NCBI GenBank assembly: GCA_965213745.1
Contig: CBDBZZ010000007.1
Location: 3,824-67,823 of the forward strand
Length of the DNA: 64,000 bases
Direction: 5' to 3'
From: Bryobacterales bacterium
GTDB taxonomy: Bacteria > Acidobacteriota > Terriglobia > Bryobacterales > UBA6623
The notes under the pieces are model-generated. The model searched no databases. It had not been told where the DNA came from and saw only the letters and a program-made list of their open reading frames with translations. Every line of letters starts with the position of its first letter. Within the stretch, counting starts at the first letter, position 1. The position numbers and the translations under genes are program-made. Of the stretch, positions 23,783 to 34,141 are shown piece by piece.

Positions 23783-23903
23783 GCCCAGGAGTCGCGACCA
23801 TCCGAGGGCTCGCGAGGCGCAGAGGGGGCGGATACCCCAGGCGGGCGTCTTCGTAGGGCCGCCCGAGGGCAAGCGGTGGGCGCCAGGTTCTGCGGCTTGG
23901 TAG

Positions 23904-24719
23904 CTAATCGAGCCGGAAGCTGATGTCCGCAGCGGGCACCGAGTGAGTGAGCGCTCCGACTGACGCGAAGTCGGCCCCCGCCTCCGCGTAGGCTCGGATC
24001 GTGCTCAAGTTCAGATTGCCCGACACCTCCACCCGAGCCCGCCCGCCGATCCGCTGCATGGCGCGGGAGGCCTCTCGCGGCGAGAAGTTGTCCAGGAGCA
24101 CATGCCGGGCACCGTGCTCGAGGGCCTCGGCCAACTCGTCCAGGTCCCGCACCTCGATCTCGGCGGGGAGCGCAGCGCCGCGGCAGGCCTCGAGGGCTTG
24201 GCGCACTCCTCCGGCCGCCGCGATGTGGTTGTTCTTGATGAGAATCGCATCGTCCAGTCGCAGGCGGTGGTTGGTCCCGCCGCCTGCGCGCACGGCGAGT
24301 TTGTCAATGAGCCGCATGCCGGGCGCGGTCTTGCGTGTGTCGAGCACGACGCACCGGGTGCCGCGCACGGCGTCCACGAAGCGGCGGGTCTGCGTTGCGA
24401 TGCCGCAAGTCCTTTGCAGGAGATTCAGCGCCGTGCGCTCCAGAGTCAGCAGCCTGCGGGCCGATCCCTGCACGCGGGCGAACGCTTGCTCGGCCTCGAG
24501 AGCGGTGCCGTCCGGCTGCATGACCTGCACCTCCTCCGCTGCGTAGACCAGAGGCAGCAGGGGCGTTCCAGCGAGCACCAAGGGCTGGCGGGTCAGGAAG
24601 AACCCAGCTGCGCGACGGCCGTCCGGCACGCAGCGGCTGGTGGTGGCGTCACCGGTTCCGATGTCCTCCTCCAGCGCCAAGCGGATGATGGCGCGGATCT
24701 GGGGGTGGTCCCAGCCCAT
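23904..24719 (-). CDS. nadC: Nicotinate-nucleotide diphosphorylase (carboxylating)
   Basis: ALEEDIGTGDATT, LERTALN, DTRKT, NHR, LIKNNH, EIEV, LLDN, SVGALTHS. Confidence 0.95.
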   Translation of the reverse strand: MGWDHPQIRAIIRLALEEDIGTGDATTSRCVPDGRRAAGFFLTRQPLVLAGTPLLPLVYAAEEVQVMQPDGTALEAEQAFARVQGSARRLLTLERTALNLLQRTCGIATQTRRFVDAVRGTRCVVLDTRKTAPGMRLIDKLAVRAGGGTNHRLRLDDAILIKNNHIAAAGGVRQALEACRGAALPAEIEVRDLDELAEALEHGARHVLLDNFSPREASRAMQRIGGRARVEVSGNLNLSTIRAYAEAGADFASVGALTHSVPAADISFRLD

Positions 24720-24721
24720 CG

Positions 24722-25351
24722 CTACGCCATGGCCCGGCAGGCCGCTACCTCGAGGTCGCCGAGGGCGTTCCGGAAGAAGTGGTCCTGCGCTTCCACCCAC
24801 GTCAGGGCTTTGGGGTCTGCTGCGGCCCCGTAGACTCGCTCCATGCTGGCGCGGGACCCGTACTCGTCCTGCGTGCTGTGGATGAAATGCTTGGGGCCCG
24901 CGCACCTCGCGAGGAATCCGAAGTCGCCGCGGTCCACGGGCAGACCGACCGGCACGATCCGGAAGACTTCCGGATCCGAGCACCCTACCCGGAGCGCGAG
25001 CTCCGAGCCGAAGGAGAAGCCTCCAGCCGTAAGAGGGAGGCCGGGATACCGGTCCTTCATGTACCGCAGGGCGGCGCGCAAGTCATCTTGCTCTCCGCGC
25101 CCGCCGTCGTAGACCCCGGTGCTCGCGCCCACGCCCCGGTAATTGAAGCGGAGCACGACGCAGCCTGCCCGGCGCGCACCGCGGGCCAGCCTATACATCA
25201 CCTTGTTGTGCATGGTGCCGCCGTACTGCGGGTGAGGGTGGCACAATACAGCGACTCCCCGCAGGCGCTCCCGATCGGGGGGTTCCTCCAGGAGCGCCTC
25301 CAGCTTACCAGCTGGTCCGAATAGCAGGGGGGATTGCAAGCGGCGGGCCAT
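24722..25351 (-). CDS. Alpha/beta-fold hydrolase
   Basis: HPHPQYGGTMHNKV, RFNYRGVG, GFSFG nucleophile elbow, DHFF. Confidence 0.88.
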   Translation of the reverse strand: MARRLQSPLLFGPAGKLEALLEEPPDRERLRGVAVLCHPHPQYGGTMHNKVMYRLARGARRAGCVVLRFNYRGVGASTGVYDGGRGEQDDLRAALRYMKDRYPGLPLTAGGFSFGSELALRVGCSDPEVFRIVPVGLPVDRGDFGFLARCAGPKHFIHSTQDEYGSRASMERVYGAAADPKALTWVEAQDHFFRNALGDLEVAACRAMA

Positions 25352-25719
25352 GCGAAGCTCTCTTGGTGGCGGGGCTCGCAGCGCGGGTCGAAGCGGGGTC
25401 GCCCACGGCCTGATCCTGGCTCCGTCCAGCCGCCCAAGCTTGGTGGGGGCCGGAGCAGCGCATGTACGGTGCTGGAGCTCTTTCCATTATCGTTGGGAGC
25501 CTGGTGCACAAGTCCGACGGGCGGGGTCGGCTGGTGGCGGGTGGCGTAGCCGCGAGCGCAAAGCACCGATCCTGGCCGGTTGCGCGATCCTCGGGGCGCC
25601 ACGTCCCCGGGTTCGGCATGCGGAATCGTTGCGCGGCACTTGCGGTGCGGCCTATGCTTGCAGAGGTCATCCCCCGACGGCCTAGTCGCAGCGCCTCGGG
25701 AAGGAGGGTTGCCTGGGCC

Positions 25720-27213
25720 ATGAAGCCAAGAACGCCGACGCCGCTACAGGCGGTCGCTGTCCACGCCCTAGCGGCGCTGCTCGCCGTTGCCGGCCTGGCG
25801 TGCGGCCCCGCTCCAGAGCTCGCCGAGCGCTTCAACGTCCTGTTCATCGTGGTGGACGACTTGAATGTCGCGCTGGGGTCCTACGGAGCTTACCCGACCG
25901 CCAAGACTCCGCACTTGGACCGGCTAGCGTCCGAAGCGGTCCGGTTCGATCGCGCCTACGCGCAGGATCCGCTGTGCAATCCTTCTCGGACCTCGTTTCT
26001 CAGCGGTCGGCGGCCCCCCGCGACGGGCGTCTACGGCAATTTCACCGAGCCGCGCCACAAGTTGGGGGAGGTTGCGATGCTCCCCGAGTACTTCCGCTCG
26101 CGGGGCTATTTTGCGGCTCGCGTGGGCAAGGTGGCCCACGGCCGCTACGAGGGCTCCGTAAGCTGGGACGTATCGGAGAACGCGGCGCGGCGCGAGCACT
26201 ACCTGCCCGGCGTCGACCGCTCGGAGGTGCGCGACAACTCGTGGATCGAGGGGGCGGAGGACGGCCTTTCGCGAGCCGAGATTCTGGAGCATGTCGGGCG
26301 GCCGACCGGCATGCCTCTGACTTGGCGAGCTACGGACGAATCCGAGAGCGAGACCCCGGACGGCCTCACCACCCGCAGGGCTATCGAGTTGATGCGGCAG
26401 CCGAGGGACAAACCGTTCTTCCTTGGCGTGGGCTATCACAAGCCCCACCAGCCTTGGGTGGCTCCGGCCAGCTTCTTCGAGCAGCACCCGGTTTCCCAGG
26501 TCAAACTGCCCGCAGAGCCGGCGGATGACCGGGGCGACATTCCTGCTGCGGCGCTGGGCGGCTACCCCGAGGACAGGGACCACAGCGAGGCCCAGCAGAG
26601 GCAGGCCATCGCGGCGTACCACGCCACGGTAACCCTGGTCGACCATCAGGTGGGGCTGCTCCTCGCTGCGCTGGAAGGGCTGCGCCTGGAGGGGTCGACC
26701 ATCGTGGTCTTTGTGAGCGATCACGGCTTCCATCTCGGCGAGCACGGGGGCCTGTGGCGCAAGCACACGCAGTTCGAGGAATCCACGCGCGTGCCGCTGA
26801 TCGTCAGGGTCCCAGGGGCCAGGGCCGGGGCAGCGACGAGCGCCCTAGTGGAGCTGGTGGACTTGTACCCGACCCTCGTGGACCTCTGCGGCTTGCCGCA
26901 GCCTGACGGGCTGGAGGGGACGAGCTTCCGTTCTGTGCTCGAGAATCCCGATCTGCCGTGGAAGAGCGCGGTGTTCTCGGAGGCCCAGCGGGGAGGGGCG
27001 CACGGGCGGTCGGTGCGCACGGCCCGTCACCGCTTCACGGAGTGGGAGCCGTTGGAGGGAGGGGGCGAATCGGAGTTCGAGCTCTACGACCTGGAAGCCG
27101 ATCCCCGAGAATTCAACAACCTCGCGGCGCTCCCGGAACACCGGGAGTTGCGCGACCGTCTCGCCCGCATCCTTGCGGCGGGGTGGCGCGGCGCACTGCC
27201 CGGCGCCGAGTAG
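25720..27213 (+). CDS. Cys-type sulfatase (iduronate-sulfatase-like), probable lipoprotein
   Basis: NVLFIVVDDL, CNPSRTSFLSG, GKVAH, KPH, SDHGFHLGEHG, ELVDLYPTL; GLAC lipobox-like segment. Confidence 0.9.
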   Translation: MKPRTPTPLQAVAVHALAALLAVAGLACGPAPELAERFNVLFIVVDDLNVALGSYGAYPTAKTPHLDRLASEAVRFDRAYAQDPLCNPSRTSFLSGRRPPATGVYGNFTEPRHKLGEVAMLPEYFRSRGYFAARVGKVAHGRYEGSVSWDVSENAARREHYLPGVDRSEVRDNSWIEGAEDGLSRAEILEHVGRPTGMPLTWRATDESESETPDGLTTRRAIELMRQPRDKPFFLGVGYHKPHQPWVAPASFFEQHPVSQVKLPAEPADDRGDIPAAALGGYPEDRDHSEAQQRQAIAAYHATVTLVDHQVGLLLAALEGLRLEGSTIVVFVSDHGFHLGEHGGLWRKHTQFEESTRVPLIVRVPGARAGAATSALVELVDLYPTLVDLCGLPQPDGLEGTSFRSVLENPDLPWKSAVFSEAQRGGAHGRSVRTARHRFTEWEPLEGGGESEFELYDLEADPREFNNLAALPEHRELRDRLARILAAGWRGALPGAE

Positions 27214-27699
27214 TCCGGGAGGCGCTCGGCGGCGGGCATCGCCTCCCGATCTGCTTGGTCGACATGAGACCAGGGATGCGCGACGCGAGTGACGGCCGCG
27301 TCCGGAGGCATCGCTGTCCGCCGGTGCCTGTCTCGGCGCCACAGTCCAACATGGACCTGTGCGGAGGGTACCGGCCAGTGCAGAAGTCGTGTCCGCAGGT
27401 GCTGTGTTCGACTGGAGCTGGCGGATGCGTAGGATCCACGCCGTTGAGGGCGGTAGCCACAAGGTTGATCGCGGTTCTTGGCCTGCCCGGCGCGGGCAAG
27501 CTCGAGATTCGCCAGGAGGTCGCGAGGCGCACGAAACGGGGGAAGCTGGCGGCATCCCTTGCGTGCGGCCTTCCCTGCACGGAGCGAGTCGTCCGGCGGT
27601 GGCTGGCCCGGGGCGCTCTCAGCGGCTGCGTCGCTCTCGGGGGCCGCGGCAACGGACCCGGATGCATGCCGGCTGGACCTGCCGGACCGTCGTCTGCGG

Positions 27700-27860
27700 C
27701 ACTCCGTAGGAGTGCGTCGCCAGCTGAGCAAGCCCGCAGCCGGCTGCGGGCCAACCTGGAAGCTGCTGGCCAGTCTGGGCCAGGAGCTCCGGAACAGGGG
27801 CGAGCCTTCTGGCGCGAGGCGGACTGCCAGTCTATGCTGGCCTGCATTCCGAGGACACGC
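27700..27860 (+). mobile_element. IS630-family 3' remnant
   Basis: RLRANLEAAGQS..READCQSMLACI matches the other IS630 copies. Confidence 0.6.
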
Positions 27861-28051
27861 CTTGGGCACCGGCCAGGAGCCGCGCAGCTGCGCGGGCCTG
27901 TCGCGGCGTTCCGAGGGGGCCGCCAGGCCGAACCGCCAGCGGTCCGGCAGCGAGGCCTCGGCGGCAGCCTGCCGCGACCTCCGGCGGACACCGGAACGGC
28001 TGCCCGCTGGGGTGCTAGACTGAACGGGTGCGCGGGGGGGAGCGCGACGGG

Positions 28052-28972
28052 ATGACTGCCACGATGCCGGTGCCGCCGGCAGTCTCCGAGAGGCGGCCGG
28101 CGGCGGTTGCGCTCCTGGAGTATCCCTGCTCGGACGGGTTGCCGATGGCGGACAGCGACGCCCAGGCCAACGCGATGCGCGAGGCCACGGCCGCGCTGCG
28201 GCTGCACTTCCGGGACCGCCGGGACCGGGTGTACGTGACGAGCGACACGTTCGTGTACTACCGGGAGGCCGATGCGCAGGCCCGCGTGGCCCCGGATGTG
28301 TTCGTGGTGCTGGGGGTGCCGGCGGGGGACCGGGACTCGTATTTTGTGTGGCTGGAGGGGCGGGTGCCGCAGTGGGTGCTGGAGGTGGCGTCGCGGTCGA
28401 CGGTGGGGGAGGATTTGAAGCGGAAGCGGGATTTGTACGAGCGGCTGGGGGTGCGGGAGTACTGGCAGTTCGACCCGACGGGGGAGACGCTGGGCCGGCT
28501 GGCGGGGCAGCGCTTGCAGGGGCACGTTTTGGAGGCGGGCGGCTACGAGCCGCTGCGGCTGCGGCCGGACGGCTCGGCTCGCAGCCGGGTGCTGGGCCTG
28601 GAGCTGGAGGTGCAGGGCCGGCTGCTGCGGTTCCGGGACCCGGAGACCGGGCTGCTGATCCCCATCCTGGAGGAATCCGAGCCGGCGCGGCAGGAAGAGA
28701 GCCGCAAGCGCCGGGCCGCCGAGCAGGAGCGCGACACGGAGAGCCGCAGGCGCCGGGTCGCCGAGCAGGAACGTGACACAGAGAGCCGCAAGTGGCAGGA
28801 AGAGAGCCGCAGGCGGCAGGAAGAGAGCCGCAGGCGCCGGGCCGCCGAGCAGGAGCGCGACACCGAGGCTCGCAAGCGCCGCGAGTTGGAGGCCCGGCTC
28901 GCCGCGTTGCGGGCGAAGCTCGCTCAGTCCGCTCGTGAGCCGCCCCCCGCCAGCCCGCCCCCGCACGATTAG
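28052..28972 (+). CDS. Uma2-family PD-(D/E)XK endonuclease with heptad-repeat tail
   Basis: YPCSDGLPMAD, VAPDVFVV, WVLEVASRST, KRDLYERLGVREYWQFDP; alternative start GTG 28028 lies 6 nt after TGCTAGACT. Confidence 0.9.
   Translation: MTATMPVPPAVSERRPAAVALLEYPCSDGLPMADSDAQANAMREATAALRLHFRDRRDRVYVTSDTFVYYREADAQARVAPDVFVVLGVPAGDRDSYFVWLEGRVPQWVLEVASRSTVGEDLKRKRDLYERLGVREYWQFDPTGETLGRLAGQRLQGHVLEAGGYEPLRLRPDGSARSRVLGLELEVQGRLLRFRDPETGLLIPILEESEPARQEESRKRRAAEQERDTESRRRRVAEQERDTESRKWQEESRRRQEESRRRRAAEQERDTEARKRRELEARLAALRAKLAQSAREPPPASPPPHD
28688..28876 (+). repeat. Nine in-frame 21-bp modules in the order A-B-C-B-C-A-A-B-C
   Basis: A=RQEESR(K/R), B=RR(A/V)AEQE, C=RDTE(S/A)R(R/K), read directly from the sequence. 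Confidence 0.9.
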
Positions 28973-29542
28973 CGCGAGGGTCCCGCAGCGAGAACCCCGG
29001 ACCTGCGCACTGGGCGAGCCGCCAGCGGCTGACTGCGGCGCACTCGCTGCAAGGGAGCTGGGACGCCGTCTCTCCGGCGCAGCGATCGCGGTTGGGAGGC
29101 GCGGGGCAGGTCGCGGACTTCCGTTCCGGCGGCGGGGAACCGACGAATCCGGGAGCCCACCTAGGCTCCCCTCCGCGCCCGCGCCCAATCCTGGCGACGG
29201 CTTCCGCGCCCCTCGCGTGGCGCGGACCCGGAAGAAGTCCGGTTGCGGGGCATTCCCCGGGGGACGCCGCGGTTCGCGGAACACGCCTACTCGCTCCGGG
29301 AGTGCTCGCCACCCCGGGCCGAGCATCCTAGAGACCCGGGCAAGGATTCCGGTTGCTAGCCGGAACGTGTTTATGCTGCTATGGTTTAGATGGTCCTCCG
29401 AGGTGTCCGCGTTTTGCCCCGCGGGGGTGCCTCTCGATTTTTCTGGAGGCCTTCCTGGCCCCTGTCCCCCGCCAGCGCTCCCACCCTGGCTTGCGGCGTC
29501 TGCGGCGAGCCCTGAACGGGCTCGGCTGGCTCGGGGCCCTAA

Positions 29543-29712
29543 GAGCCTGTTGATAAAGTCCCTGGGGTGCGATTTCCGGCGCGCAATCGCGTGCGAATCA
29601 CCGGTTTGTGACTGTTTCAGGGCCTTCAGGAGTCATTTTATGGTCATTTCAGGGCCCTGCAAGGAGTTGCTGGACAGGCTTCATGGCCGCTGAGGACTTT
29701 TTCAACAGGCTC
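29543..29712. mobile_element. MITE family A, copy 2 (170 bp, inverted relative to copies 1 and 3)
   Basis: TIRs GAGCCTGTTGATAAAGTCC / GGACTTTTTCAACAGGCTC; CTAA on both sides. Confidence 0.88.
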
Positions 29713-29716
29713 CTAA

Positions 29717-31198
29717 GAGCCCGTTGATAAAGTCCGGCTGAGCGGCGCTGCGCGGGGGGCTTGCGGTGCGAGAGCATTCCGTGGGATCCTTGTTCGCATA
29801 TCGCTGGGCGCTCGCCAACGGATCCAGGGGTGTGTCTTCCTCCCTGCGGACGCACGCCCCCAGGCCCCGACCGTCCCGTGCTGCGAGAAGCTCCACGAGG
29901 GGCTCGAGCTGGCCGGCTGCGACGAGGGCCTGGAGCGGCTCTGCCAGCCCTTCTCCGCCGCCAGGCTGGGCCGCCCCGCGCTGCCGCCGGGCGTCTCCTG
30001 CCGCAGGCTGCTGCTCGGCTACCTGCTGGGCCTCCATGCCGAGCGCGCCATCGACCTGCAGGCCAGCGACACCCTCTCGCTCCGCGAGTTCCTCGGCTCC
30101 GGACTCCACGAGTCGACGCCGGACCACTCCACGCTGTGCCGCACGCGCCAGCGCATCGACCTCGAGACGCACAAGAAGGTTTTCGCCTGGGTGCTGGAGA
30201 GGCTGCGGGCCGCCGGGCTGGCGCAGGGCGAGACGGTCGGGGTGGACGCCACCCCGCTGGAAGCCCACGCGGCGCTGAGCACGCTGCAGCGGCGGAGCAC
30301 CCAGGAGGGCTCCGGGGAGTTCCGCGAGCGCCTGGCGCAATCCGCGGGCCTCGAGACGCCGACGCAGGCAGAGCTGCTCGAGTGCGACTGCCGGCGCAAG
30401 GACAAGTCGCTGGCGAACAAAGAGTGGGAGCACCCGGTGGATCCGGACGCCCGGGTGGCCCGCAGGCAGGACGGCGCGCCGGACATGGCCCCCAAGGCCG
30501 AGCACGCGGTGGACTTGGACCGCGGTGCGCTGGTGGGGCTGACCGTGCAGGCCGCGGACCTAGGCGACCCGGCGACGCTCGGGCCGACGCTGGCGGCGGT
30601 GGAAGAGGCGCAGGGCGGGAAGCCGCAGACGGTGGTGGCGGACAAGGGGTACCCCAGCGGCGCGACGGTGCTGGCGCTGGAGGAGTCCGGGCAGGAGCCG
30701 GTGATTCCGGAGCCGCAGCGGAAGCCGCGCAAGTGGGAGCCGGGGCAGGCAGCCGAGCGTGCGGCGGGGGAGGCGAACCGGGAGCGGGTCGCCGGCGAGC
30801 GGGGCCGCAAGCTGGAGCGGCGGCGCTGCGAGAAGGTCGAACGGTCGATGGCCCCCAGGTACGCGACCGGCGGGCTGCGGCGGGTCTACCTGCGGGGCCG
30901 CAGCAACATCCTGAAGCGACTGCTCATCCACGCCTGCGGGTACAACTTGGGTGTCCTGATGCGGTCGCTGACGGGGATCGGTACGCCCCGAAGCCTGCCA
31001 GGCGGCGGCTCCCTGGCCGTTGCGGCGCTAATTTGTCCCGGAGAAGGCCTCGGGAAGGCCCTGGAACGGCTTCTGAGCGCGTTTTCGAGCGTTTGGGCCG
31101 CCCGGCGGCCCGCGCTCGGAGCCTAGTCCGCAGAAGCCTTCGCTGCGTTCCGCCGCGTCTCGGCGGTGACTCGGACAGCGTCATTTATCAACGGGCTC
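29717..31198 (+). mobile_element. IS1182/IS5-like insertion sequence, copy 1 (start codon lost)
   Basis: TIRs GAGCCCGTTGATAAA / TTTATCAACGGGCTC; flanks CTAA/CTAG; TPDHSTL, VDAT, DPDAR, VVADKGY, VERS. Confidence 0.85.
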
Positions 31199-31504
31199 CT
31201 AGGCTGCCTGCGAGGCTGGCCGCGGCGGTCCACATCCAGCACCGCCAGCGCGGTGGCAGCGACATGCAGATGCTGCTGGCGCTGCTCTACGCGGCCTGCG
31301 CCGGCGGGGGCACCTTCGTGCGGTCGACGCCCTGGGACCGAGCGCGTCGCGCCGAGCGGGTGGGCTGCGGGCCGGGCACGCCAGCCGGTGGCTGGGGGCG
31401 CAGGAGTGCGGGCCGCGGTGGAGTCCGTGCCGGTGTGCGTGGACGGCACGGGGGGCGAGGTGGAGGGCAAGTTGTTCGAAAACGCCGTGCGCGGCCACTG
31501 ACCG

Positions 31505-31710
31505 GTGCCAAAGTCGTGCCCTCAGAATTCAGGCAAGAATATATTGGCAATCTGCCTCTCGAAAGAAAACTTGCACCTGTTCCGGAGTTCCTGGCAAGGA
31601 CTGGCAAGCAGCCTCCAGGTTGGCCCGCAGCTGGGCTGCGGGCTTGCTCAGCTGGCGACGGACCCGCCGCTGGACCAAGGGGCCCCTAGCAGTTCCACCG
31701 GATTGACTGG
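31505..31710 (-). mobile_element. IS630-family 3' remnant
   Basis: DNA similarity to 55385-55590 and 63105-63310. Confidence 0.7.
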
Positions 31711-31900
31711 AGGCGACTGCGATGTGAACGATTGCTCAAGCAGCGAGATTGGATCGTGGGAGACCACCGCGAATCCGAGTTCAAGGAAAGCTTCCGCTAA
31801 AGCGGCGATTCGAATTGATAGAGCGGTGTTCTCGGGTCCGGATTCAGCCTGCTACAGTCTTTTGGACGATCCGAGTTGCAGCCACTAACAGGAGGCTCCC

Positions 31901-32449
31901 ATGGCGCACCCATCCGCCTTGCTGCTGGTTTCGCTTCTGTCAGTCGCTTGGCTTGCGCCCGCCCAAGCGAGCACCGTTCGTGTGAGCGCCGGGTGGGACG
32001 ACCTGCAAACGATGCTAAGCCACGGAGACTACCGCGCACGCGTCAAGATCATGCTGAAGTCGTCCAAGCAAACATCCGGGATCTTGACTGGTTCGACGAG
32101 CGCAGGCCTGCGGCTTGCCAGAAACGGACGGGAGGTGGTGCTGGACCGAGACGCGATCCACGCAGTGCGGCTGGTTCCGCGCAAGGCCCGGCGCAGCCGC
32201 GGGCGGAATCTCGCTGTTATCGCCGCAGGCCCGGCCGGCTTCGGGGCAGGCATCGGGGCCGTAGCCCTTTGCTGCAGAGGCGTCTTCGACGAATCGAGAG
32301 TGACGGTGCTCCATTGGGCAGTCTTCCTCGGCGCAGCAGCCGCTGTTGCCCACCAGCTCTACCGGCTCGGAGCGCGGTCCGACCGAGGCTCCGTATTGGT
32401 GGTGCTGACTGAATCCGCGGACGAGAGTCCCCCCGACCAGAGCAACTGA
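31901..32449 (+). CDS. Hypothetical exported/membrane protein
   Basis: AGGAGG SD; signal peptide ending AQA; two hydrophobic segments. Confidence 0.65.
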   Translation: MAHPSALLLVSLLSVAWLAPAQASTVRVSAGWDDLQTMLSHGDYRARVKIMLKSSKQTSGILTGSTSAGLRLARNGREVVLDRDAIHAVRLVPRKARRSRGRNLAVIAAGPAGFGAGIGAVALCCRGVFDESRVTVLHWAVFLGAAAAVAHQLYRLGARSDRGSVLVVLTESADESPPDQSN

Positions 32450-32479
32450 TCGCGTTTCGGCGGTGCGCAGGCGCGACTC

Positions 32480-33225
32480 AGCCGGCGATGGAGCGGCAGG
32501 CGGACGCCGCCGCGACCCCGCAACGCGGCGAGCGTGTCCTCCGCCCGCCCGGTCTCCCGCACCAGGCACCTGACCGCGCCAACAGCTCCGGCGTGAGCGT
32601 CGACATGTTGTCCACCACCGTCCGGTGCCCGTACTGCGTCCGGTCGCCGCAATCGCTGTGCCCCAGGAACGTGCGGATCGTAGCGTGGTGGTTCGCCAGT
32701 TCCTGCAGACGGTCGAAGTCGAACCCAGCCTTTGCTGCAGGACCCCCAGGCTCTGCTCCAGGTCCAGGCCCGGATGCCCGCTCGTGCGGTCGGCTTCCGG
32801 CAGGATGCGCTGGCCCAGCAGCGCGAACAGCCGGGCCCGCAGCTGCTCGGCGAACCAGCTGGGCTGCAGCCCTTGCCACACCGCCGGGATGTCGTCCCGA
32901 GACTGCGGGTTGCTCCAGGTCGCTGCGAGGGGCACCTGCCCGATCCGCAACTGTCGTCTGGGCATCTTTCTCAGGGCGTCCTTCTCGTGAAGATCCCCCC
33001 GCAAAAAGCCGATTTCCAGGGAAGCCCTGGCCAGAATCCAGCATCTGCACGATCTTCGCCCCTGGAAATCCGCAATACTGATGTGCTCATGCTGATGTTT
33101 TCATAAGTAATTGCACGAAAAGGCTCCGCAAGCCATTGATTCTATTGGTGGGTTGCTTGCAATTACTTTTGGCAAAATTAGTAGCACTTTTTAGAATCTA
33201 GCACTTGTGGGTTTCCTGGAGCCCC
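32480..33225 (-). mobile_element. IS5-like/ISNCY transposase 5' remnant
   Basis: QLRIGQV..SRDDIPAV..GLQ, FDRLQELANHHATIRTFLGH, VVDNMSTLTPELL. Confidence 0.7.
33078..33181. mobile_element. MITE family B (IS630-type), copy 1
   Basis: TA flanks; imperfect TIRs ..CATAAGTAATTGCA / TGCAATTACTTTTG..; near-identical to 55940-56029. Confidence 0.8.
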
Positions 33226-33787
33226 TAGCTACGCCACCCGAGAGCGGATGGCAATCCAGGAGATCTACGGAACCCTAGACCGATCATCCAGCGCGAGTCG
33301 ATCTTCGCGCCGATCCCGGCCTTGAGCTGGGCGATGAGGTTGGCGGCGGCCATGTCGCGGACCCTCTGCAGCGTCGTGTAGACCAGCCCGGGTTCGACCC
33401 CGGCGGCCAGCCAACCTCGAAGACGGGCCGGTTGTCGGGATCGACGGGCGGCGGCTGGTCAGGCCTCGGCAATCTCCCGGGGTTCCTTGGGCTTGAGGGC
33501 GAAGAGCTCGCGGGCGCGATCGGCGTCGGGACGTTCGTCGAGCAGGTGCCAGAGGCGACGTATGCGCATGATCAGGGCCGGTAGGAGCGGCCATAGCAAG
33601 CCGCAACGGGGCGCGTAAGCCGGGCAAGCCCTGTAGAGGCCGGCCGAGGGCCCCACCGAGCCCCGGCCCAACTTCTTGCTGCCTGTCTGGCGAACCCCGA
33701 AAAGGGGCTGGGCCAATGTGTTGGGCCTGCCGGCGTGGGCTGGTGTGGCAGGGCCTGCTCGGGGTGCAAGGCGATCGCGGCAACTAG

Positions 33788-34113
33788 CCCATGTTTACCA
33801 ACTGTAGATCTAAGACATTTTAGAATCAATGACTTACGCTGATGGAACGGCTCGAGTGGCACTACAAAGTGTGCCACGCGGGCGGCGGGTGTGGGTCAGA
33901 CGATGGTCTTGCGGAGGCCGCCTGGGTGCGCCGAACGAACACGCTGCCACGATAGCGGGGTGGGCTACCGCGACGCAAGGGTATTCATGCGATTATGGCA
34001 CTACATCGCGTTCTGCCAAATCCCGATCCTTTAGAATCAACAAGTTACAGGAGCGCACGCCTCGAAATACCGGCCAAATGGCCAAAATCGCCCGTCAACT
34101 TGGTAAACATGGG
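33788..34113. mobile_element. MITE family C (326 bp)
   Basis: Perfect 14-bp TIR CCCATGTTTACCAA; CTAG on both sides; no credible ORF. Confidence 0.8.
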
Positions 34114-34141
34114 CTAGTGCCCCGCAACTGCGGGCCAAGCG

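Larger units (their letters stand above)
29345..31500 (+). mobile_element. IS1380-like remnant split by a nested MITE and IS1182-like element
   Basis: Joining 29345-29538 to 31203-31340 gives a colinear match to uninterrupted 8260-8580. Confidence 0.7.

Noticed and set aside
28688-28876. Possible CRISPR-like array
   Set aside because: In-frame coding 21-bp modules with no unique spacers and no cas genes; the same applies to 57629-57736
33230-33780. Protein-like fragments on the minus strand (IRRLWHLLDE..RELFALKPKEP)
   Set aside because: Probably another decayed element, but I cannot assign a family, so it is not listed as a feature
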